A stretch of DNA of 63,971 nucleotides, counting the filler, from Barthelona sp. PAP020 (taxonomy: Eukaryota): the NCBI GenBank assembly GCA_040182905.1. It is 5 parts of 5 records of this genome, joined end to end, with 100 filler letters (N's around TTAATTAATTAA, not from the genome) between each part and the next. Parts side by side here need not be neighbours in the genome. Positions count along the whole stretch, not along the records: positions 14,022 to 27,842 come from JARQWU010000314.1; positions 27,943 to 41,672 come from JARQWU010000315.1; 3 more parts are not named here. One strand, 5' to 3'. The translations under genes and the position numbers were made by a program. The notes under the pieces are model-generated. The model ran no database searches. It had not been told where the DNA came from and saw only the letters and a list, made by a program, of their open reading frames with translations. Positions 21,512 through 33,200 of the stretch are shown here, one piece after another (within the stretch, counting starts at the first letter, position 1; each line of letters begins with the position of its first letter).

Positions 21512-23632
21512 ATGGATTTTGATCAATCACAAAAGTTAGAAGGATTAATAACTTTTTCAGAAGTTTTATTAGCTTACTATTGTGAAAAAGAAAATATCAA
21601 ACCCGATTTTTTAAAAATTTCAAAAGAGCCCTTAACCAATTATACTGCTATTAATGATGTGTTAGAAGATCTTAAAACAATGTTGGAAGCTTCTGGTAAT
21701 TGTAGAAAGAGTTCTAAGACCAGTAAAAAATTAGAAATTCTTGCTGTTGTTGAAAGCATTGCAGTTTCAAAAGCTTCTGTTCAATATTTTCGAAATTTTG
21801 AACGTGTTGAACAAAATACCAATAGAGATGAAGTTTATCAACAATGGGCTCTTGGTGGTGTTGTTGCCAAAAATTTAATTGTTGATGGATGTATTCCTGA
21901 AATAGTGGAGCGTTTTAAGTTTCTTGGATTGAAAGCCGAAAATTTGATTTCATTATATAATGAAATTATGTTGCCTTTAAAGGAAGAAATGGAAGCAAAA
22001 GAAAGAAAGTTAGCTGAAAAGACTCCTGAATCACAAATTGCAAAATTCTTGGAAAAAGCTGCAGCTATGCGTGAAGCTGGTAAAATAAAGGCCGCAGAAG
22101 GACTTGAACGTAAAGCAGAGGAAATTCGTAACAACCCAACACCTGATTCAACCAATAAAAATTTGTTACTTTTTGGCAATGGATGTCTCAATTTATTCAA
22201 TAGAATTCTTGAATTTCCTAACAATACTCAGTATCCAGACATGGATTGGTTGGCTAAATTCGGTTATGATGTTAAAAAATATTTAGTTGATCATGCTTCA
22301 ACGAAACAAGTGTCTTTACCTTTGGGTACACGAGACTTTAGTCCTGAAGACATGACTATCAGAAGGCAAATGTTTGATTTCATCGAAAACGTTTTTGATC
22401 GTCATGGGGCTGTTAATATTGAAACCCCAGTATTTGAATTACGTTCTGTTTTAATGGGTAAATATGGTGATGAAGGGGCTAAATTAATTTTTGATTTAGC
22501 AGATCAAGGAGATCAGCTTGCATGTTTAAGATATGATTTGACTGTTCCATTTGCTCGTTATTGTGCTATGCATAATATTCAAAAGATTAAACGCTTTCAA
22601 ATGGGACGAGTTTATCGTCGTGATAAACCTCAACCCACAAAAGGACGTTTCAGAGAGTTTTATCAATGTGATTTGGATATTGCAGGCAAATATGAGCCAA
22701 TGTATGCCGATAGTGAGGTTTTAAAGATCATTGATGAAATTCTAAGCGGTTTATTAAACGATTCATTCAGTATTCATGTATCTGATCGTCGTTTACTTAA
22801 TGCCTCTTTTGATTTATGTGGAGTTGGTGACAAATTTGAAACAGTGTGTTCTTGCATAGATAAACTTGATAAAGCCTCTTGGGAAGAAGTTAAAGATGAG
22901 TTGATTAATGTTCGTGGTGTTTCTGAGCAAGTCACAAACAATCTCCGTGAATTTTTGACTACTACTGGAGAATGTCCAAGAGAAGTTCTTAGAAATCTTG
23001 CAGAATTGAGAATAGATGGTCATTCGTTGGATGAACATCCAGATGGAAAGCAATTTTTCCTTGAATTTGAACTCTTATTGGACTACCTTGAAGCTATGGA
23101 TGGACTTAAGCACTTTGTTTTAGATCCAACTATTGCTAGAGGATTAGACTATTATACAGGTATTATTTTTGAGGCCAAATACAAGGGTGAAACCACATTA
23201 GGTTCAATCGGTGGCGGTGGTCGTTATGACAACCTAATTAAGATGTTTGGTGGTGATAGCCCTTGTGTCGGTGGTTCTATTGGTGTTGAAAGAATTTATG
23301 AGATTCTGAAGGCTCAGCAAGACAAAAAGGTATCTCATTTGCAAGTGATTGTTTCTCAAGCAGGTAATTCAGAAAAACAAAAAGAGTTAACTCTCTATAG
23401 GATGAAGATCGCTTCTATGCTTTGGAAGAATAATATTGTCGCTGAGTATGCAACAACCAAGAAATTACAAATTGACCGCTGTTTGAAAGAAGAAATACCT
23501 TTTATTGTTTTGGTTGGTGATTCGGAGTTAGAAAATAATATGGTAGCTGTCAAAGATCTTAGATCCAGTGACAAGAATCAAATTGATATTTCAATTGATG
23601 AGTTAGGAGACTACATATTAAATAAATTATAA
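21512..23632 (+). CDS. HARS: Histidyl-tRNA synthetase with ~260-aa N-terminal extension
   Basis: PLGTRDF, LRYDLTVPFARY, GRFREFYQCDLD, RGLDYYTG, GGGRYDNL and an anticodon-binding domain. Confidence 0.96.
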   Translation: MDFDQSQKLEGLITFSEVLLAYYCEKENIKPDFLKISKEPLTNYTAINDVLEDLKTMLEASGNCRKSSKTSKKLEILAVVESIAVSKASVQYFRNFERVEQNTNRDEVYQQWALGGVVAKNLIVDGCIPEIVERFKFLGLKAENLISLYNEIMLPLKEEMEAKERKLAEKTPESQIAKFLEKAAAMREAGKIKAAEGLERKAEEIRNNPTPDSTNKNLLLFGNGCLNLFNRILEFPNNTQYPDMDWLAKFGYDVKKYLVDHASTKQVSLPLGTRDFSPEDMTIRRQMFDFIENVFDRHGAVNIETPVFELRSVLMGKYGDEGAKLIFDLADQGDQLACLRYDLTVPFARYCAMHNIQKIKRFQMGRVYRRDKPQPTKGRFREFYQCDLDIAGKYEPMYADSEVLKIIDEILSGLLNDSFSIHVSDRRLLNASFDLCGVGDKFETVCSCIDKLDKASWEEVKDELINVRGVSEQVTNNLREFLTTTGECPREVLRNLAELRIDGHSLDEHPDGKQFFLEFELLLDYLEAMDGLKHFVLDPTIARGLDYYTGIIFEAKYKGETTLGSIGGGGRYDNLIKMFGGDSPCVGGSIGVERIYEILKAQQDKKVSHLQVIVSQAGNSEKQKELTLYRMKIASMLWKNNIVAEYATTKKLQIDRCLKEEIPFIVLVGDSELENNMVAVKDLRSSDKNQIDISIDELGDYILNKL

Positions 23633-23795
23633 TTTCGGAAGCTTTTTTTATTTGTTCATTATTTTGTGGAAAAAATATATATTCACAAAAAATAAAGAAT
23701 ATCAAACCAAAACGAAAAGAAAGAACATGAAAGAAAAATTCAAAGAAAAAATGATTTCATTCTTGAAAATCTTGAATAATCCGTTTATTTGTTAG

Positions 23796-25181
23796 ATGAA
23801 ACTCTTTATAGCTTTTGCATGTTTTATTGGTGTTATTTATGCAAAAATAACATATGTTGATGTTACAATATCATCTTCTTCAAATCCATGGGATGTTAAA
23901 CCCTTTAGTTTTTCTGATAACAAACCAGTTGGAGTTAATCGATTTGCAATTGACCACACCAAAGAAAAACAAAATATTATTGGATATGGTGTTGCTTTAA
24001 CTCAAGCATCATCTTCTGTTTTACAAAAATTACCTCAGGACCAACAAGAACTTGTTTTTGAAAAGATGTTTGGAGAATCTGAGAATAACTACAATTTTGC
24101 CAGAACACATGTCAGTTCATGTGATTTTTCAACTCAAAATTATGCATACAATGAAGTTGATGGAGATTTTGAGTTGAATTCCTGGGATTTCTCAATGGAA
24201 GACAAATATATTGTTCCTATGATCAAGAAAGCGCAAGAATATCAAAAAGATTTAAAGCTTTTTGCTTCACCTTGGTCTCCACCTGCTTGGATGAAGAGCA
24301 ACAATGCCATGGATTCTTCATTGAATGGATGTTTCAAATCTGATAAACATATGGACACCTTTTCAAAGTATTTTTCCAAATATCTTAGTTCTTATGAGGA
24401 ACGAAATATCAAATTTTGGGGAATTACAGCCATGAATGAACCAACTAAGGCTCATAGATGGGATTCTTGTTGGTTAGAACCTTTAGATTACGTGAAATAT
24501 CTTAATTCTCTCATACCCACAATAAAGAATGATCATCCCAATGTAAAGGTCATGGTATACGATCATAATAGGAATAGACTCATTGAATATGTTGAAGCGA
24601 TTCAGGGAAACAATATTTGGAGCCAAATCGACGGTGTAGCATTCCATTGGTACAGCAACTTTGACTATACCATTAACGAAAAAGTTAGTGAAATGGTTGG
24701 TTCAAAATTCTTCTTTAACTCTGAAGGTTGCAATTGTCCCGGTGTCTCTTGGAACAACTGGAACAGGGGAACCAGTTATGCAATGGATATTGCCAATGAT
24801 TTAAATACTGGTGCCATGGGTTGGGTAGATTGGAATATTCTGTTAAACAGCGATGGTGGTCCCAATCATGTAAACAATAATTGTGATGCCCCTTTAATTG
24901 CTAAAGACAATAAAGTTCATATACAACCAAATTACTACGCAATGAGACATTTTTCAAGACATCTTCCAGTTGATTCTTCTATTATTGATGTTCAAAGTCC
25001 TTCAACTTCTCCAATTGCTGTTACAGCTGGTATTAGTGGGAAGGATGGTAGAATTTCTGTTATTGCAGCAAACTCAGCATCTTCAAGTCAAATTCTCAGT
25101 TTATTTGATAAAAACTTGAATAAATACTTGAACTATGAGATTCCTGGATATTCAATTATTTCTTTCCGTTATTCTGTATGA
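23796..25181 (+). CDS. Glycoside hydrolase family 30 (glucosylceramidase-like), secreted or lysosomal
   Basis: Signal peptide, SCDFS, ASPWSPPAWMK, NEP (acid/base), HWY, SEGC (nucleophile) and WVDWN..GGPN. Confidence 0.92.
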   Translation: MKLFIAFACFIGVIYAKITYVDVTISSSSNPWDVKPFSFSDNKPVGVNRFAIDHTKEKQNIIGYGVALTQASSSVLQKLPQDQQELVFEKMFGESENNYNFARTHVSSCDFSTQNYAYNEVDGDFELNSWDFSMEDKYIVPMIKKAQEYQKDLKLFASPWSPPAWMKSNNAMDSSLNGCFKSDKHMDTFSKYFSKYLSSYEERNIKFWGITAMNEPTKAHRWDSCWLEPLDYVKYLNSLIPTIKNDHPNVKVMVYDHNRNRLIEYVEAIQGNNIWSQIDGVAFHWYSNFDYTINEKVSEMVGSKFFFNSEGCNCPGVSWNNWNRGTSYAMDIANDLNTGAMGWVDWNILLNSDGGPNHVNNNCDAPLIAKDNKVHIQPNYYAMRHFSRHLPVDSSIIDVQSPSTSPIAVTAGISGKDGRISVIAANSASSSQILSLFDKNLNKYLNYEIPGYSIISFRYSV

Positions 25182-25527
25182 AAACGATAAGAAAAAAAAA
25201 ATATTTTTTTGTTCAGGTGACTGTAAATATTTACCATGTTATTTATTTCTTTAAATTTTTATTTAAAATCAAAATATATCTCGATATATGTTCAAACTGC
25301 TTTGAATTCAATGTCAAAATCAAACAAATCCAATTTAGCTATTAAACTCCAAATTATCAAATCAACTTGTTTTTTAATTGATGTTATTATCCAATAATAC
25401 ATCTTGATTACCATAAATATGAAATAAAACAGATAAAAACCCCATTTTTTAACTGCTCCAATTTACCTGCATCAACAAATATCCCTCATTAACTTTAATA
25501 TTGTTCATTTCTAACTGCAAAAATCGC

Positions 25528-27292
25528 ATGGTATCTATAATTGTATTACTAAACCCTAATAATTTAGTCTACTGTTCAAATAACTAGTGAAGAACAAGAA
25601 CAAAAATCAATAACTCAAAATCAATCCCTGAGTTTGGTCAGAAATTTATTTCGCACTGCTATTTCATGTGTGTGTTACCTAAGAGGTATGTTTGGAGATG
25701 ATATTTACGAAGACAGAAAAGTTGCAGGCATTCAAATCAAAAGTTTTAAACCGAATTGTGATGATGAACAAGCCAGAACTATCATACGTTGGTTAGAAAA
25801 AGGGGTTTTTGATGCTTTAAATAGAAAATATTTGCAGCAATTAAAATTTTGCATTTATAAAAATCCAAATGATGAGACAAGTTTAGTTGAAGCATATACA
25901 TTTGAAATATCATATCATCCTGATGGTTCATTTGAGTTATGTTTAAATAACCGTCAAACAAATAAAATTGATTACAAGAAAATGACAAAAGAGAGAGTGA
26001 GAAACTCTACAATTTCAATTATTCGCACTCTATTGACAATTGTTCAAACATTAAAGATTTTACCTGATGAAAGATATTTAGTAATGAAATTGTTTTACAC
26101 TGAAAATACTCCTGCTAAATATGAACCACCTTTCTTTGTAGCAGGAAATCCAAAAACTGATGCATTCATCCAAAATATTATTCCAACTCAACTAAATATT
26201 TCAGCCTTACATACACCCCATCATAGTTTCAGTATTCAAATACAATCTATTAGTGATGATTTAATTGATTTAAAGGATAGAATCGAAAATGTGTCAAATT
26301 TATCAAAACCAACTGACGATGATATTGAAGTGTTTGTGAATCGGATTGAAGATATACAGAGGTTACGACATATTTCGAATGAAGAAGATTGTAAAAGAGC
26401 ACCGAATTTGAACTCTTCTGGTTCAAACACACCTGAGACTTCCAATCCTCCTTCATTAAATAGTTTGCCTGTGATGGAAACTGGCAGTGTTGAAGAATTT
26501 GATATTCTTGATAAAATTAGAGAACTTGTGCAAAAAGGTGAAGTTGGAATTGGAAAGTTGGCAAAAAGAATGAATTTATCGAATAAAGAGATCCGTGATT
26601 ATATGAAAATACTTGCAAATGAAGGGGTTTTAAAACAAAAAGGAAAAAGGTTTGAATTAATGGAAGATAAGGAAGAGGAAATTGATTTAACGAAAAAGAA
26701 TGAAACAAACATTGATTTAGAAACACCCAGCCAAACTCAACATCAAATATTTAGTCAAGTAGAAAAGAGAAATTTGCGAAAGAACACTCCTAAACCAATA
26801 AAAAAGAATGAAAACATAGCTCAGGGTGCTCGACAACTGAGGTTTTCTCAAATTATGCATGAATCTTCAACTGACTCCGTAACAGATGAACATAAAACAA
26901 AAATTCTGGAATTTGCCAACAAAAAAACAACTTTAACTGTTGGTGCCGTTGCACAAGAATTAAATGTTGATCAAGGTTTAGCCAAGGCAGCATTGGAAGC
27001 CGTCTCAGTCGTTCATCCTTCATTATTTTCCGGAAAGAGTCAATATGCTTATTTGGTTGATAAAGATGAATTATTAAAGATTAACAAACAATCTAACTGT
27101 AATAATGAAGAAAAAAAAGATATCACAAAGAAATGGGATTTGCAAGAGGATTATGATGTTATGAGAAGAAAGACTGTCAAAGAAATAAAAAATGTAAAAA
27201 GTTTAATCAAAACCAACAATGTGAAAGTATCTAAAGTCAATCGTCCAGTGCTTGTTAAAAGTAGACAAATGAGGACATTTTCAAGCAAATAA
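25528..27292 (+). CDS. HOP1: Meiotic HORMA-domain protein Hop1/HORMAD, two exons (ATG 25528-25530, 25568-27292)
   Basis: TQNQSLSLVRNL...ISCVCYLRGMF, WLEKGVFDAL, EAYTF and MKLFY..TPAKYEPPFF. Possible winged-helix segments in the C-terminal half. Confidence 0.9.
25531..25567 (+). other. Spliceosomal intron, 37 nt, directly after the start codon
   Basis: ATG|GTATCT...CTAAT-AATTTAG|TCT. Supplies the ATG that the ORF lacks. Confidence 0.85.
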
Positions 27293-27704
27293 GCAAATGA
27301 TATTATTTTCACTTTGTGTTGCTCTGATGATTCTTTTGAAAAATAAAGGAAAAGAAAAAATTATTTTTGTTTGTTTTTTGCTGTAAATTTAAGTGGAATA
27401 TTTTTCTTCACACCTTAGCAACATATGTTTGATACTAAAGTAATTAATCAAACAATCAAAAAGGTGAAATGGATGAAAGAAACTCAGCAGAAAATGTGAA
27501 TTAATTATAGCACCCATATAATCTGTCCATCAACAGTTTAATAAATAGATTTCCATTGAATTTCCTAAAAAATCGTTTTATTAAATCCTGATTAATTAAT
27601 TTGTTAGTGTGTTTGTCAATTATTTCAATTATCTTTTTTTTTTAGTTTTTATTTCAAGTTGATAACTATTTATGCTATTTATGTGTGCAAAATCAATTAA
27701 AAGC

Positions 27705-27792
27705 GGTGTTTGTGCGTTACTTTCTCCGAAAATTGTGAAGCGTAGCGGGCATTTCACAAGGAGGGAAAAAGAAAAGCGTGAAGAAATGCGCC
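27705..27792 (+). ncRNA. Candidate structured RNA hairpin, unidentified
   Basis: GC-enriched patch with nested pairings ggtgt/gcgcc, tgcgtt/agcgtg, tttctcc/ggaggga and ttgtgaag/tttcacaa, with many G-U pairs on the + strand. Confidence 0.3.
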
Positions 27793-27842
27793 AGAATTTG
27801 AATCAAGCAAAATTTCTCGTATTTCAGAATTTATCAAATAAT

Positions 27843-27942
27843 NNNNNNNNNNNNNNNNNNNNNNNNNNNNNNNNNNNNNNNNNNNNTTAATTAATTAANN
27901 NNNNNNNNNNNNNNNNNNNNNNNNNNNNNNNNNNNNNNNNNN
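27843..27942. other. Artificial contig linker
   Basis: N run with TTAATTAATTAA. Confidence 0.98.
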
Positions 27943-28061
27943 CCACATTCCTTTGCTTTTCGGTAGTATATATCTCGTCTATCTTTGCTTCTACTCATTC
28001 GATGTGAGTTGAAAAAAAAAAAAATCTTTTATGTTAAAAAAGTTCTGACACAACATACAAG

Positions 28062-29978
28062 TTAATCCAACATAGAACAATTCAGAGTTTGTAATAAAAT
28101 CAAACAATTTTGGAAAGATAAAGCAGAAACAAAAACTCCGACAGTCTCAAAAATATCAACTTCTCTCACATCATTGTCACTTATATGAGAATAAAATTTG
28201 AATAAATCTTCACCTGATGACAATGGATGATTTTTCAGCTGTTCTATTGGTATAGAAACTGGCTCAACACTTCCGGATTTGGAAGTAAAAGTACACAAAT
28301 ACACAAACTGTAATTTAGAAGCCACCTCTACATAATAAGCGTCTCCATAACTCAATAATCTTCTTTGAGCTCTACGATAGAATGATATCATTGCTCTTCT
28401 CATTTCTTTTACAAAGGTATCGTTGGAAAAATTGTTCGACTGAATATTACAAGCCATATCAGTCACAAAAAAAGTGTGTTGAGAACCACGGCGATCAAAC
28501 CACAGATAACAAAACATCCCAGGATAATTTGCTGCAAAAGGTAACATGTTTAATCTTAGATGGGATATTTGTAATAAAATTCTTCTGCTGTCAGTAATGA
28601 TGTCCATCAATGTCGAAGATAATTGGTCGGCAAGTTCGTCAGTCAATAAAGGGGTGGTTTTGAATTCTTCCACAGCTGCTATTGCTGCCAAATCTGAGCT
28701 GGGAAATGTGTTGGTAATAGCATATAAAGCCTCTTTACGCAAAGGAATGACAGCAAAAAACATCGCCTTGTCAATCTCTTCGGGAACAAAAGGAACGGTA
28801 ATTAACAAGAATGGTTGATGAAATTCTCCATCTCTTCGAACAAAAGGCAAAAGTATTATTGAATCTCTAAGTTGAACAGCATTGTCAGATGTTCGTAAGG
28901 AAGACAATTCTTTTGCACTGGCCAATCGTTCAAAACTATTTGGAGGTAATAACCTACTCGCCTGAAAACCAGGGGTTAAACCAGCTTCAATGGTAGGTGT
29001 CAACGGTTCTTCAGGTAAAGGAGTTGAAGGAAAATTGAGAATATCTTGTGAAAAAGAAGAAACAGCAACTGATGTCTTTTTTGTCATTTCATTTCGAGAT
29101 GCCAAACTTTCTCCATATTTCCATCCACCACGGTTTCCTTCCAACCTTAATTCTTGTAACCATATCGCCAAAGCATACTCTGTTAAAATTGACTGTGTAG
29201 TGGTGGGAAATCTATTTGAAAACTTTGGAGAAGCAGTACGTCCCTTGGAGTCCGCATGTGAATGGGCTAATAACATCCCATTTGAAAAAAAATATCCAAA
29301 AGTATTCCCTTGGTTACGTTTTGCTCCTTCTGACAATTTAGCAACATCTTCAGTCATTGAACCCAGAAATGAAAAAATTTTCTTCTTCTTTCCATCCATT
29401 GACGAATGAACACTCAGCCCTTCCAATGCTGACACTTGAAAACATGGTAAAGAATAGCATATTTCAACAGAATCAAGCAAAGTCCAGTAGAATGTCGAAT
29501 CAATAAAAGTATGATTCACATACTCCATATCAGGGATACTTGAATATGTAGAGAAATACAAATCCAATAATCTGCAAATTAAAGAAGCTTTTTGAGAAAA
29601 TAAGGTGAAATCTTTTGGTGTTGAAGAATGAAATCTGGAAACTGCAAAATAATACTTTAAAATGGCGTTGGAGCTCTGTTCAAACCCATTTTTCAATGTT
29701 CTTGTAACATTAGTAGAAAAAGCATTCTCTCTATTTATTCCACATTCAATATGATAAGTAAACGACAAACCTGACTTATGTTCAATCAATGGAACTAAAA
29801 CATCCATTGTATCATACGCTACAACCCAATTAAACATTCCATCTCTCATTTGAGCCAAAAATGATGGATTATCGAATTTATTTTCAATATTTTTAAATAA
29901 AATCATAGATTCGTATTTTGGCTCATCATGCCATTCAGCTTTCGATTTAATAATTAACCATATGATGCAATTATCCAT
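28062..29978 (-). CDS. HPS1-like tri-longin protein (BLOC-3/Mon1/Fuzzy family)
   Basis: C-terminal YPGMFCYLWFDR, AQRRLLSYG and FETVGVFVS resemble the third longin domain of HPS1 (FPGLVHFIYVDR) as recalled. Likely start MDNC at 29978. Confidence 0.5.
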   Translation of the reverse strand: MDNCIIWLIIKSKAEWHDEPKYESMILFKNIENKFDNPSFLAQMRDGMFNWVVAYDTMDVLVPLIEHKSGLSFTYHIECGINRENAFSTNVTRTLKNGFEQSSNAILKYYFAVSRFHSSTPKDFTLFSQKASLICRLLDLYFSTYSSIPDMEYVNHTFIDSTFYWTLLDSVEICYSLPCFQVSALEGLSVHSSMDGKKKKIFSFLGSMTEDVAKLSEGAKRNQGNTFGYFFSNGMLLAHSHADSKGRTASPKFSNRFPTTTQSILTEYALAIWLQELRLEGNRGGWKYGESLASRNEMTKKTSVAVSSFSQDILNFPSTPLPEEPLTPTIEAGLTPGFQASRLLPPNSFERLASAKELSSLRTSDNAVQLRDSIILLPFVRRDGEFHQPFLLITVPFVPEEIDKAMFFAVIPLRKEALYAITNTFPSSDLAAIAAVEEFKTTPLLTDELADQLSSTLMDIITDSRRILLQISHLRLNMLPFAANYPGMFCYLWFDRRGSQHTFFVTDMACNIQSNNFSNDTFVKEMRRAMISFYRRAQRRLLSYGDAYYVEVASKLQFVYLCTFTSKSGSVEPVSIPIEQLKNHPLSSGEDLFKFYSHISDNDVREVDIFETVGVFVSALSFQNCLILLQTLNCSMLD

Positions 29979-30241
29979 GAATAAACAGCAATTAAATAAT
30001 TGAATAAAAAACCCTTTAGACCCAATAAAAATGTTTTTTTTTTCTTTTTTCAAGCAATGTATTTTTAATATTGAATAACTTTATTGTTAGATAATAGTTA
30101 TAATAGGTTTTAATGATCAAAAATTAATTTCTTTCGCAATTGATTGTAGACCACACATTTTTCATTGGTTTGAGATTAATGAAGTGACTTATCAAAATAT
30201 TTTTTTTCTAATTAGGTAATTGTAACATTATTTATAACTTA

Positions 30242-33200
30242 ATGAACAAGAGATCAAGAGTTTTACAAGAGTTATTGAGTTCAGAACAAGAATATTTATC
30301 AAGATTACGAATAATTGATAACATATATTATACGCCATTAGAAAAGAGTGACATTTTATCCAAACGAGATTTAATTGTGTTATTTGCCGATATTAGAAGT
30401 ATTTTGGAGCTGGCTGAAGAAATTCATTCTCTTTTGTCTGCTATTATTTTAACTGATTTTGATAATGACACTTCTCTTGTTGCAAAACCTTTTTTATTTT
30501 TGGCGCCTTTTTTGAAATGCTATGTAGATTATATTGGAGATTTTGGTAATTGTTTGCATGTGTTCACCCGACATTGTCAAACAAACACTAAGTTTTTATA
30601 CTTCTTGGCAAAACAATCTTCTTTACCGGAGGCTGGGGATCACGAGTTAACTTCATTGTTAATGGAACCTGTACAAAGAGTTCCAAGATATAGATTGTTG
30701 TTTCAACGTGTTTTAAAATATACAGACGCATCCCATCCTGATTATGAGTCTTTGCAAAAGCTTGTTAAATTATTGGAAGACTTGGGATTTTATTTTGATG
30801 GACGAAAGGCCTATAATGACAATTTATCTGTTTTAACCTCTTTAATGCGTCGTTTGGTGATTGAACATGAGGAAAATACAATGCGAATGAAACTTCAGAA
30901 TCGTTTGACTTTTGCTAAGAGCACTAATTTTTTAATTAAAGGACAATCAGGAGAAAGAAAATTATTGCTAGAATTACCCCTTTTAATGAAAATCAATATA
31001 TTCAATGCTTCACCAATCAATAACCTGAACCATGATCAAAATGATTCTGTTGATTCTCCCAAAATTACAAATATTGTCATACAAAACAATAACCATAGCG
31101 ATATTTCAAAGTTTGAGGATATTTATCTTTTTATTTTTACAGATTTATTGTTGTTTACCAAAGTTGAACAAAATGAAAGATTTAAGTACATATATCATAT
31201 CAAATTTGGAATGGATCAAATTCAAAAAGATCAAAGTGATCCAAATCTTGAACATAGTACACAGCATTGGTCTTACAGTTGGCTACAATCTGAAATTAAA
31301 GATACAGCGTTGTTTTCATTGGATGAAATCCACAAAAAAATCCAATTACTCCTATTAATACACAACGATGAAACAGAACAGATTGTTGAATGTTTGAATA
31401 AAGTTTTTGATTATCAAGCAAAGATTAAAATGCAAACATCGAATGCATGTGTCATTAGAGAGTTTCCTTTCAAATATCCATTCAATAGTGTCAATTATTT
31501 TGAAAGAGTTACATCAACAACGAACACAACCACTGCCGTCAATTCTTTTTCACAATCACTTAACAAGTATAATGATATTGTTACTTTTGATGATAATAAT
31601 ATTCTAAGTGTACTGACTTTCAACCAAAATAAGATGACAAATGATGATGATAGTAATACTTTAGATTGTACTATTATCAAGAATGTCAAACAAGTCTCGA
31701 AAGAACCAACTGAATTGTCTGATGGTTGCTTATTTCAATTTCATAATAGATGTTATTTATTTGGTGGAACAATGAACAAACAACAAAAATTTGACCTTTA
31801 TCGTCTTTCTTCAGATGGTACATGGGTAATCAAACCATATGCTAATGAATCACCAAAGGTACGTTCTAGGTTTGCATGGTGTGTTTATGATGAGAATTTT
31901 TTCGTTTTTGGTGGTATTGATGTTACAGGGAATTATCTAAATGACTTTTGGAAATTGAATATTGATACAATGTGTTGGAAGGAGATTATTCAAAAAGATG
32001 AATTGAAACCATCAATAAGAAGCAGTTGTGGTATTGTTGCAATTCCCGTATCCTCTTTAACAGTAAATGGATTTGGAGAATTGGACATTTATGTATTATT
32101 TGGTGAATGTCATGGTAATCTGCTTAATGATTGTTGGAGATATTCTTTTGAATATAACAGATGGATTGAATTGAAACTCAATAATACCAACTTATCATTA
32201 GTTCCCCGAGTTTTTCCAATTGTTTTGAAATGTCCCACATTTCCCAAATTTTTTATTTTTGGTGGTAAGACACATAATGGTTATTTGTGTGATTGTTATG
32301 AGTTTAATTGTCAATTATATTCCTTTAGAAAAGTTAATTTAGATATTTCAAACATTCAAAAACCTTTACAATTCTCTTTGATGAAAGCTCACATGTTCCT
32401 TAACGATTTCAAAATTTTAATTTTATATGATGAATTTCAATATGTTATCGAATTAGAATCACCTTTGGACAAATATTTTGCAGTTGAATTGAGTGAAACT
32501 GTCCAAAAAAAAATAAAAAATTCTCGTAGACAAAAACGTCAAATATTATCTAAGCTTAATTCTGTTGATAAAGATACTTATCTTGGTTCTGATAAAGATA
32601 TAAGACGTAGAACACCTCCTTTGCCTCCTAATAAACTTCGTACTCTTCAAAATAACATTAATACACATGTTCCATCATCTTTAAATTTGAACACAATAGA
32701 GAATGCAGAAACTACACAGGTTTCAGATAATTTGCAATCCCAATCCAATGTAGATTTTCCTTTAACTTCTATTAACTCGAGTTCCAATGAATCATCCACT
32801 ATAATTGAAGAACGTTTATCTTTACCAAAAACAAACACCTATTCTCATCCTAAAAGTCAAGTAACATCCTCTAAAAGATTTGAGTTACCACCATTATTAT
32901 CACCTTTAATCACTAATAATGAAAAAAGACTTTCTTCTTTCATGAATAAGCAAATAATAGCAAGCGAAGATCCTTCCAAAATATCTTTTGATATTCATTT
33001 CAATTTAAACCACAAAGATGAAAAAACGAAGTTGAAGGTCAGTAGAAATATTGATATGTTAACTTTTTTGGATCTTCTTTGTGATATTTCCTTTGAAAAA
33101 CTAATTTTACCTGAGCAAATTGAGGTTTTAGATTCAAAGAAATTATCAACTGAATTGTTTAAGAAAATTATGGGTAATACTTTTGTATCCGAAGTTCAAA

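Noticed and set aside
25549..25559. Telomere-like ctaaaccctaa
   Set aside because: Single copy inside the HOP1 intron overlapping its branch point, so chance is sufficient.
27720..27765. Minus-strand stem-loop with loop UGCCCGCUAC resembling U5 loop 1
   Set aside because: U5 loop 1 (GCCUUUUAC) is essentially invariant and three positions differ. The outer helices pair only on the + strand.
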